Assembly (NCBI GenBank): GCA_965217585.1
Contig: OZ244561.1
Span: forward strand, 6,240,001 to 6,304,000
Reading direction: 5' to 3'
Source: Candidatus Latescibacterota bacterium
GTDB lineage: Bacteria > Latescibacterota > UBA2968 > UBA8231
Length of the DNA stretch: 64,000 bases
In this document: one piece after another, positions 58,601 to 64,000 of the stretch
Position numbering within the stretch: position 1 is the first letter of the stretch
Layout: the number at the start of each line of letters is the position of its first letter
Notes under the pieces: model-generated
What the model saw: the letters and a program-made list of their open reading frames with translations, nothing else
What the model was told of the DNA's origin: nothing
The model's database searches: none
Program-made: the position numbers and the translations under genes

Positions 58601-60601
58601 GGTACACCTACCTTTTTTGACGCGACCATTGAGGATCGAATCTTGCGTCAGAATGAGGCGATGGATTCGTGGGAATTGCCAGCGGCTGCGGGCGGCAACG
58701 GCGACTTGACATATAGTTTAGATATGAATGTGCCGGGTCTGAACTTCGACGCTGCGTCTCGGACGCTTTCGGGCACGCCGACGGACACAGGGGTGTATCG
58801 CTTAGTCTACCAGGTGGAGGATATCGATGGCGATTCGGCTGAGTTGACCTTTCACATAACGGTAGATGGTGCGCCCAGCTTTAGCGGGGACGTGGCCAAC
58901 CAGACGTACATAGACGGCGAGGCGATTGAAGACTTGGTGTTGCCCTTGGCTTCGGGCGGCAACTTGCTCTCGCTAAATCCGGATGGCGAGGCCGTGTTCG
59001 GCGAGTTGACGTATACCCTAGATAACGTGCCGCCGGGTCTGACGTTTGACCCCAACCCCATGTCGCCGATGCTTTCGGGCACACCGGCGGAGGTCGGAAC
59101 GTATACGTTGACGTATACAGCCCACGACGCCGACGACAATATGACTGCTGAGGACGCAGCTATCCTTAGCTTCGAGGTCCGAGTGGAAGAATCGGCTACG
59201 GACCGTTTTTCGGAACTCAACAAACAGATCTTGTCCAAGTACGCATTGGCTATTGCCGATGGAACGAATCGCGCCATCGAAAATCGCCTTGAGCAGATGG
59301 ACAGAGTTGGCGATGTGAATAGGTCTTTTAGCTTCGCCGCCGAGTCTACCCTCCACGATATGATTCAATCCGGCCGGATCTTTGAGAATCGCCCGGTCAA
59401 TATGTCACAGGTTGTGAATGGCTCGTCCTTCGCGGTGCCGTTTGGTTTCGGTAGAGGATGCATCCTTTGTCCCGGCAGTCCTACATTCTGGGGCCGGGGA
59501 GACTACGGCCAAATGTCTAGCGACGATGGTTCGCTGGATTGGGAGGGCAACCTAACCCGTGCTCAGATAGGTTTGGATGCCCGGCCAGGTGCCGAGATGC
59601 TAACCGGGTTGGCGCTGTCGTGGGCCCAAGGATCGTTCGATTATTCCGCCCCGTTGCTCGGCGAAGAGCGAGTCGACGGTACTTATACGCCCCGCATGTT
59701 GAGCCTGCATCCTTACGTCGGGTTCTCGCCAGGGCGGCTGGGGGTATGGTTGACGGCGGGCTTAGGGCGTGGCGACATCGAGATTGACGACGAACAGGGA
59801 ACCGTAGGCCTGCAGTCGAGCGATACGTCGCTGCGGACTGCAAGTGTAGGGGCTAGCGGTGACTTGCTCGCCAGTGGGCCGACTCAGTTGCGGATCAAGG
59901 CTGCTGCTACTGTAGCCCAAGTCGAAATCGAGGGTGGAGAAGTCGAGGATGGAAAAGGAAACCGGATCGCCGAGGAGACGGTGAGTGCAAATCGCTTGAG
60001 GTTGGCACTCAAAGGCTCACATGCTTATGAAATGGGCATGGATGGGCAGGTGACACCCGAGCTAGAGGTTGCTCTGCGCCAAGATGGCGGCGACGGACAG
60101 ACCGGGGCCGGCGTAGAAGTTGGCGGTGGCCTGCGCTTTGATAGCGGTGGCTTCACGCTGGAAGCTATGGCGCGGAGTCTGGTAAGTGACGGCGACGACG
60201 AGGTCGAGTACAAAGAATGGGGGGCGCATCTGCTGCTCCAGCGCTCGGCTGGCACCGGTGGTCGAGGGTTGTCGTTGCGGGTGATGCCAACCTACGGTAC
60301 GCAGGCGAACAGCCTGACGCTGTGGGAACGCAGCGTAGCCGAGATAGCAGACCGGGGTGCTGTGAACGCGCAAGGCCAGCTCAGAGCCGAGGTCGGCTAC
60401 GGTTTAGCCGCACTTGGCGGTCGGGGAGTGTACACTGTGTACAGCGGAATGACTCAAGCGCCAAAGCGAATGCAGTTGCGCTTAGGTACGCGCTTTGAGG
60501 TAGATTCGTCTATGTCAGTGAGCCTTGAGAGCACGCGCTGGCAACGCATGGCCGGTGCCGCTGAGCACGGCCTCCTGTTGCGTGGGCGTCTGGTCTTTTA
60601 A
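49670..60601 (+). CDS. Giant autotransporter adhesin with ~33 Ig-like (He_PIG/cadherin-like) domains
   Basis: ATG 49670 after GGAGGG; signal peptide ending AEA; repeated LPxGLxFD...TISGTP...TYxVxDxDG domains; C-terminal barrel (FWGRG, HPY, RQDGGDGQTGAGVEVGGG, EVGYG, terminal F). Confidence 0.92.
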   Translation: MSGCAVSNKLVWNRSLFCLSMLFLAATLMLAPAAEAQDTPSFEGATVANQMYEAGVAIEALELPAASGGNGDLTYALGPLPPGLEFDAASRILSGTPSDVVIFPEKVFFLMTYEVTDADGATAILTFNISVEEEDVAPSFDGVTVADQMFSAGAAIEALELPAASSGNGDLTYDLRPVPPGLAFDAASRTLSGTPSEVAISLMTYEVTDADGDTATLTFEIEVDTMPSFEGATVAEQSYQTGEDIGVLGLPAASVGEHEAPPRYSLSPEVPGLTFDAASLTLSGTPTVAGTYEMTYRVEDSDTNMEERDAEELTFTVYVELTFAAVAARQTTFTAGEEIKQPWELPVGRSTDVLTYSLDGELPPGLTFDPATRMISGTPPADVLYDESYPFTYRAEDSDGDSAELTFTIVIAAMPSFVREEEDHLYPAGDAVSLELPEAEGGNVARTYRLEGELPAGLSFDGVARTISGTPPTDVTYAEGYALTYRVTDVDGDTVTLTFAIRVNGIPSFVREEEDQLYPAGDAVSLELPEAEGGNVARTYRLDGELPAGLSFDPATRTISGTPPEFAWYTFDGYTVTYRVADVDGEEPAPLVFTIRVDGIPRFDETVSSQVTFAEGQTIDPWVLPSASGGNGDVTYELVGELPEGLSYDGATRTISGTLSADATYAAESEGYTVTYQVTDQDGDAPDVLEFTIVVHGMPSFHAQVVDDQLYEAGEAVSLGLPEAVGGNNGLTYTLEGELPAGLSFDGVARTISGTPPTDVTYAEGYALTYRVTDVDGDAVTLTFAIRVNGIPSFVREQEDQPYLAGEAVSLELPEAEGGNVARTYRLDGELPAGLSFDPGTRTISGTPPEFAWYTFDGYTVTYRVADVDGEEPTPLVFTIRVDGIPRFDETVSSQVTFAEGQTIDPWVLPSASGGNGDVTYELVGELPEGLSYDGATRTISGTLSADATYAAESEGYTVTYQVTDQDGDAPDVLEFTIVVHGMPSFHAQVVDDQLYEAGEAVSLGLPEAVGGNNGLTYTLEGELPAGLSFDGVARTISGTPPTDVTYAEGYALTYRVTDVDGDTVTLTFAIRVNGIPSFVREQEDQPYLAGEAVSLELPEAEGGNVARTYRLDGELPAGLSFDPGTRTISGTPPEFAWYTFDGYTVTYRVADVDGEEPTPLVFTIRVDGIPRFDETVSSQVTFAEGQTIDPWVLPSASGGNGDVTYELVGELPEGLSYDGATRTISGTLSADAMYAAESDGYVVTYQVTDQDGDAPAALEFTIVVHGMPSFHAQVVDDQLYPAGEAVSLGLPEAVGGNDDLTYTLEGELPAGLSFDGVARTISGTPPTDATYAESDALTYRVTDVDGDAVTLRFAIRVNGIPSFVREEEDQLYTAGEAVSLELLEAVGGNVARTYRLDGELPAGLSFDPATRTISGTPPEFAWYAFEGYALTYRVADVDGEEPTPLVFTIRVDGIPRFDETVSSQITFAEGQTIDPWVLPSASGGNGDVTYELVGELPEGLAYDGATRTISGTLSADASYAAESDGYVVTYQVTDQDGDAPEALEFTIVIHGMPSFGAQVVEDQSYEAGGEETLALPEAVGGNGALTYTLEGELPAGLSFDGAARTISGTPPTDATYAESDALTYRVTDIDGDAVTLRFAIAVNGIPSFVREEEDQLYTAGEAVSLELPEAAGGNVARTYRLDGELPEGLVFDPATRTISGTPPEFAWYAFEGYALTYRVADVDGEEPTPLVFTIRVDGIPRFDETVSSQITFAEGQTIDPWVLPSASGGNGQLTYELVGELPEGLSYDGATRTISGTLSADAMYAAESDGYVVTYQVTDQDGDAPAALEFTIVVHGMPSFSGQVVDDQSYEAGGEETLGLPEAVGGNGALTYTLEGELPAGLSFDGTARTISGTPPTDATYAEGYALTYRVADVDGDDTALRFAIRVNGIPSFVREEEDQLYPAGEAVSLELPEAEGGNVARTYRLDGELPEGLVFDPATRTISGTPPEFAWYAFEGYALTYRVADVDGEEPTPLVFTIRVDGIPRFDETVSSQITFAEGQTIDPWVLPSASGGNGQLTYELVGELPEGLSYDGATRTISGTLSADAMYAAESDGYVVTYQVTDQDGDAPAALEFTIVVHGMPSFSGQVVDDQLYPAGDAVSLGLPEAVGGNGALTYTLEGELPAGLSFDGVARTISGTPPTDATYAESDALTYRVTDVDGDAVTLRFAIRVNGIPSFVREEEDQLYPAGEAVSLELPEAEGGNVARTYRLDGELPEGLVFDPATRTISGTPPEFAWYAFEGYALTYRVADVDGEEPTPLVFTIRVDGIPRFDETVSSQITFAEGQTIDPWVLPSASGGNGQLTYELVGELPEGLSYDGATRTISGTLSADAMYAAESDGYVVTYQVTDQDGDAPAALEFTIVVHGMPSFSGQVVDDQLYPAGDAVSLGLPEAVGGNGALTYTLEGELPAGLSFDGAARTISGTPPTDATYAESDALTYRVTDVDGDAVTLRFAIRVNGIPSFVREEEDQLYPAGEAVSLELPEAAGGNVARTYRLDGELPEGLVFDPATRTISGTPPEFAWYAFEGYALTYRVADVDGEEPTPLVFTIRVDGIPRFDETVSSQITFAEGQTIDPWVLPSASGGNGQLTYELVGELPEGLSYDGATRTISGTLSADAMYAAESDGYVVTYQVTDQDGDAPAALEFTIVVHGMPSFSGQVVDDQSYEAGGEETLALPEAVGGNGALTYTLDGELPPGLSFDGTARTISGTPPADYLYIAEGYALTYRVADVDGDAVTLTFTIAVNGIPSFGDQVVEDQSYEAGTGNVETLELPEAVGGNVALTYFLDGELPPGLAFNPTSRTISGELSPNVSYSPEGYALTYRVADVDGEEPAPLTFTISVNAMPLFEGTITNQRVPEGEEMAPLELPAALGGNGELTYSLNEESLPPGLVFDAEARTISGTPELHVSHPAEGYALTYRVEDEDGDSAELTFFLTVDGTPTFFDATIEDRILRQNEAMDSWELPAAAGGNGDLTYSLDMNVPGLNFDAASRTLSGTPTDTGVYRLVYQVEDIDGDSAELTFHITVDGAPSFSGDVANQTYIDGEAIEDLVLPLASGGNLLSLNPDGEAVFGELTYTLDNVPPGLTFDPNPMSPMLSGTPAEVGTYTLTYTAHDADDNMTAEDAAILSFEVRVEESATDRFSELNKQILSKYALAIADGTNRAIENRLEQMDRVGDVNRSFSFAAESTLHDMIQSGRIFENRPVNMSQVVNGSSFAVPFGFGRGCILCPGSPTFWGRGDYGQMSSDDGSLDWEGNLTRAQIGLDARPGAEMLTGLALSWAQGSFDYSAPLLGEERVDGTYTPRMLSLHPYVGFSPGRLGVWLTAGLGRGDIEIDDEQGTVGLQSSDTSLRTASVGASGDLLASGPTQLRIKAAATVAQVEIEGGEVEDGKGNRIAEETVSANRLRLALKGSHAYEMGMDGQVTPELEVALRQDGGDGQTGAGVEVGGGLRFDSGGFTLEAMARSLVSDGDDEVEYKEWGAHLLLQRSAGTGGRGLSLRVMPTYGTQANSLTLWERSVAEIADRGAVNAQGQLRAEVGYGLAALGGRGVYTVYSGMTQAPKRMQLRLGTRFEVDSSMSVSLESTRWQRMAGAAEHGLLLRGRLVF
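50909..57745 (+). repeat. Eight tandem ~855-bp (285-aa, three-domain) repeats
   Basis: Marker cgaaaccgtgtcgagtcaa recurs at 51481, 52336, 53191, 54046, 54901, 55756, 56611 and 57466 (855-bp period). Confidence 0.97.
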
Positions 60602-60628
60602 TTAATTCCATACATGCAGCACAGGATA

Positions 60629-60674
60629 CGATACACGCTTCCGGAGCTAGGCTTTGGAAGCGTGTATCGGTTTT
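60629..60674 (+). terminator. Rho-independent terminator
   Basis: 14-bp stem CGATACACGCTTCC/GGAAGCGTGTATCG + GTTTT. Confidence 0.8.
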
Positions 60675-60681
60675 CTCCGCT

Positions 60682-61287
60682 TTGTGCCCTCATCCCACCT
60701 CACTTCCACATAAGCCGGGCGAGTACATAACTATTGTGTCCGGTCTCCCTCGTTCTGGTACCTCGATGCTGATGAAGATGTTGGCTGCGGGCGGATTGCC
60801 GCCTCTAACAGACTACATTCGCGAGGCCGACGCCGACAATCCCGGGGGATATTACGAATTCGAGAAGGTCAAGCAGCTAGAAAAAGACACTGTATGGCTC
60901 GAATCGGCGAGGGGTAAAGCCGTCAAGGTCATATCCCAATTGCTCGACCAATTGCCGCTCCACAAGCCGTACAAAATCGTATTTGCCCTCCGGAGAATGG
61001 ACGAGATTTTGGCTTCTCAGCGGGCGATGTTAGCGCGACGAGGACAGGTCTGCGATCGAGTTTCCGACGCCGAGATGGCCGCCGCCTTCGGTCGACACTT
61101 GAGCTCAGTGCAACAGTGGTTGGCCGAGCACCAGCAGATGGAGGTGCTCTATGTCAACTACGCCGCAGTCTTGCACGACCCGATCACCACAAGCCACGAG
61201 ATCAAGACCTTTCTCGCCCTTCCCTTAGATGTGCGTCAAATGGCTAGCGTGGTAGACGAAAGTCTATACCGCCAACGCATATCCTGA
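60682..61287 (+). CDS. Sulfotransferase family protein
   Basis: 5'-PSB loop IVSGLPRSGTSMLM; DNPGGYYE; R...EILASQ. Confidence 0.85.
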   Translation: MCPHPTSLPHKPGEYITIVSGLPRSGTSMLMKMLAAGGLPPLTDYIREADADNPGGYYEFEKVKQLEKDTVWLESARGKAVKVISQLLDQLPLHKPYKIVFALRRMDEILASQRAMLARRGQVCDRVSDAEMAAAFGRHLSSVQQWLAEHQQMEVLYVNYAAVLHDPITTSHEIKTFLALPLDVRQMASVVDESLYRQRIS

Positions 61288-61338
61288 CGGCTTATCGAGT
61301 CCTTCTCACCAACCTTACCGACCAACTGTATAACTTGT

Positions 61339-63135
61339 ATGGGTATCGAGCAGATTCGCAATTTCTCCATCATTGCCCACATTGATCACGGTAAATCAAC
61401 GCTAGCGGACCGCCTGCTTGAAAAAACTGCGACCCTGACCGCCAAGCAGATGCAGGAGCAGGTCCTCGACAACATGGATTTAGAGCGCGAGCGGGGCATT
61501 ACAATCAAAGCTCATGCCGTGCGAATGCGCTATCAGGCGGCCGACGGTAGAGTTTGCCAATTCAACTTGATCGACACGCCGGGACACGTGGATTTTACCT
61601 ATGAGGTGTCGCGCAGTTTGGCCGCCTGCGAAGGGGCGATATTGGTCGTCGATGCCACACAGGGCGTAGAAGCCCAGACCGTAAGTAATCTGCTGTTGGC
61701 GCTAAACAGCGACTTAGTCGTCATCCCGGTGCTCAACAAAATCGACATGCCCGCTGCTCAGGTTGCAGCGGTGCAGCAGCAAGTGCTCGATCTACTGGGG
61801 GGTGAAGCCGAAGATATTTTGCAAATCAGCGCCAAGGAGGGGATTGGGGTCGAGGAGGTGATGGAAGCTATTGTCGACCGTATCCCACCGCCGACCGGGC
61901 GTCAGCAGGGGCCGTTGCGGGTACTGGTCTTTGATTCGCTCTACGACCAGTACCGAGGTGTAATTTGCTTCATCCGAGTCGTTGATGGGCGCATCCACAA
62001 GGGGCAGAAAATTCGCTTCTACTCCACCGGACGGCTCTACGAAGTCGAAGAAGTCGGCCATTTGGTCTTAAACCGGGTGCCGGCCCAAGCACTTGAGACC
62101 GGTGAAGTCGGCTATTTCATCGCTGGAATCAAAGAGCTGGCCGAGGCCCACGTCGGTGACACGGTCGTTGATGCAGAGGCGGAAGTGGAGCCGTTGCCTG
62201 GGTACCAACCGCTCAAACCCATGGTTTTCAGCGGCCTTTATCCCGTTGTCCCAGAGGACTATGAGGTGCTGCGCGACGCCTTAGAGCGGTTCAAGCTCAA
62301 CGACGCCGCGTTCTCCTACGAGCCGGAGACCTCCCCAGCGTTGGGCTTTGGTTTTCGCTGCGGCTTCCTAGGTCTACTGCACATGGAGATCGTGCAGGAG
62401 CGCCTCGACCGCGAATACCAAGTCGAAATCATCACTACTCTGCCCAATGTGCTCTACGAGATTCTGACCAAGGAGGGTCAATTAATCGACGTGGATAATC
62501 CCTCTTTGTTGCCGCCTGCCGCTGAGATCGACGAGGTGCGCGAGCCGATTCTCGCCGTCCAGATCTTGGTGCCGAGGGATTATATCGGCGCAGTGATGAA
62601 AATCTGCACCGACCGGCGCGGGAGCTACCGCAATACCGAGTATCTCGACGGCAGCCGGGCTATCCTGAGCTTTGAGATGCCTCTAGCCGAAGTGGTGATT
62701 GACTTCTATGATCGCCTCAAGTCGGTGTCACGGGGCTATGCGTCATTCGATTACGAGCATCTGGAGATGCGGGCCGACTTACTGTCTAAGCTCGACATTA
62801 TGATCAATGGCGAGCCGCTGGACGCGCTCTCAGTGATCATCCATCGCGACAAGGCCTATGAGTGGGGCCGGCAGCTCTGCACTAAGCTCAAGGAGCTGAT
62901 CCCGCGGCAGATGTTCGAGGTAGTCATCCAAGGGGCGGTGGGGAGTAAGGTGATCGCCCGCGAAGTGGTCAAGCCGTTCCGCAAAAATGTGACGGCCAAG
63001 TGCTATGGCGGTGATGTAACTCGTAAACGCAAATTGCTCGAAAGGCAAAAGGAAGGCAAGAAGCGCATGAAGCAGTTTGGGAAGGTGGAAATTCCCCAGG
63101 AAGCGTTTTTGGCCGCGCTCAAGATGGAAGCCTGA
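61339..63135 (+). CDS. lepA: Elongation factor 4
   Basis: [48 protein letters not shown]. Confidence 0.98.
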   Translation: MGIEQIRNFSIIAHIDHGKSTLADRLLEKTATLTAKQMQEQVLDNMDLERERGITIKAHAVRMRYQAADGRVCQFNLIDTPGHVDFTYEVSRSLAACEGAILVVDATQGVEAQTVSNLLLALNSDLVVIPVLNKIDMPAAQVAAVQQQVLDLLGGEAEDILQISAKEGIGVEEVMEAIVDRIPPPTGRQQGPLRVLVFDSLYDQYRGVICFIRVVDGRIHKGQKIRFYSTGRLYEVEEVGHLVLNRVPAQALETGEVGYFIAGIKELAEAHVGDTVVDAEAEVEPLPGYQPLKPMVFSGLYPVVPEDYEVLRDALERFKLNDAAFSYEPETSPALGFGFRCGFLGLLHMEIVQERLDREYQVEIITTLPNVLYEILTKEGQLIDVDNPSLLPPAAEIDEVREPILAVQILVPRDYIGAVMKICTDRRGSYRNTEYLDGSRAILSFEMPLAEVVIDFYDRLKSVSRGYASFDYEHLEMRADLLSKLDIMINGEPLDALSVIIHRDKAYEWGRQLCTKLKELIPRQMFEVVIQGAVGSKVIAREVVKPFRKNVTAKCYGGDVTRKRKLLERQKEGKKRMKQFGKVEIPQEAFLAALKMEA

Positions 63136-63191
63136 TTTATGAGCAAGAGGCGTACTCGCCGGCCCTGCGTCCCCTAATCCCGAAAAAGTAA

Positions 63192-64000
63192 ATGATGGCG
63201 TTGGGTCTCTATATCCACGTACCGTTTTGCCCCCAACGCTGCCCCTACTGCGCCTTTGCTACGGTCGTTGGCCAAGGGGAGCGCCACGGTCTATATGCCG
63301 AGGCGATCTGCTGCGAAATGGAGTCTTGGGCCCATTTATCGGGGCCGGTGGATACCGTGTTCTTGGGCGGAGGCACCCCCAGCCAAATTGAGCCGGCGCT
63401 AATTGGGCAGATGCTCGAGGCGGCTCAGCGTCATTTGGGGCTACATTCAGACGCGGAAATTGCAGTTGAAGTCAACCCCGGAACCGTTGACCGCGAGAAA
63501 TTCGCAACGCTAAAGGCGCTGGGGTGCAACCGCATAAGCATTGGCGCGCAGGCTTTTCGCGATGCCGATCTGCGGCACTTGGGCCGACAGCATAGCGCGG
63601 CCGATGTCGAAAGGGCGTATGCAGCGGCCAGAGCGGCCGGTTTTGCCAATGTGAGCTTGGACTTGGTGGCCAATGTACCTGGAGGCTCAGAGGCCAATTG
63701 GCACTTTAGCGTCGAGCGGGCTATCGCCTTGGCCCCAGAGCACCTTTCGGTCTATAGCCTCATCATTGAAGAAGGCACGATCTTCGCCCAACGACAGCGT
63801 CAGGGCCTGCTGGAACCCGTCGCGGACGACTGGCAGGCTCGTACCTTGGAATGGACCGACGTGCGGTTGGTGGCGGCTGGCTATGAACACTACGAGGTTT
63901 CAAACTACGCCCGTCTTGGGTACCGCTCGCTCCACAACTGGGGCTACTGGACGGGTGTTCCTTACTTAGGTGTTGGGCTCGGGGCCCATAGCTTCATCGA
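63192..64000 (+). CDS. hemW: Radical SAM heme chaperone HemW (3' truncated by window end)
   Basis: Read manually from ATG 63192: LYIHVPFCPQRCPYCAF, FLGGGTPS, EVNPG, RISIGAQ, YEHYEVSNY. Confidence 0.92.
   Translation, partial: MMALGLYIHVPFCPQRCPYCAFATVVGQGERHGLYAEAICCEMESWAHLSGPVDTVFLGGGTPSQIEPALIGQMLEAAQRHLGLHSDAEIAVEVNPGTVDREKFATLKALGCNRISIGAQAFRDADLRHLGRQHSAADVERAYAAARAAGFANVSLDLVANVPGGSEANWHFSVERAIALAPEHLSVYSLIIEEGTIFAQRQRQGLLEPVADDWQARTLEWTDVRLVAAGYEHYEVSNYARLGYRSLHNWGYWTGVPYLGVGLGAHSFI

Overview
GC-rich bacterial chromosomal window. The gene content (TonB receptor, LysM/lipoproteins, many sugar-acid catabolic enzymes, PhyH, sulfotransferase, giant autotransporter) suggests a diderm heterotroph, possibly an FCB/Latescibacterota-like lineage; this taxonomy is inference only. 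Layout: (i) 1-9.9 kb transport/catabolic operon(s); (ii) 9.9-18.45 kb more AT-rich, all minus-strand putative defence island: RqlH/RqlI-like RecQ-PRTase + DprA pair, an SF1 helicase with an unusual C-terminal fusion, and an AAA + PD-(D/E)XK protein. The island is punctuated by short integron-core-like inverted sites and a 15-bp direct repeat; (iii) 18.8-35.4 kb catabolic genes interrupted by two small TA/defence-like modules; (iv) 35.4-48.7 kb core genes (lnt, tRNA-fMet, corC-like, ybeY, 7TM-HD, phoH, LysM, aspS, a cysM-mec-cysO-cysK sulfur-carrier cluster, rpsT); (v) an HNH gene and an ~11-kb autotransporter with ~33 Ig-like domains, including 8 tandem 855-bp tri-domain repeats; (vi) sulfotransferase, lepA and partial hemW. 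I saw no CRISPR array, rRNA, integrase or transposase.
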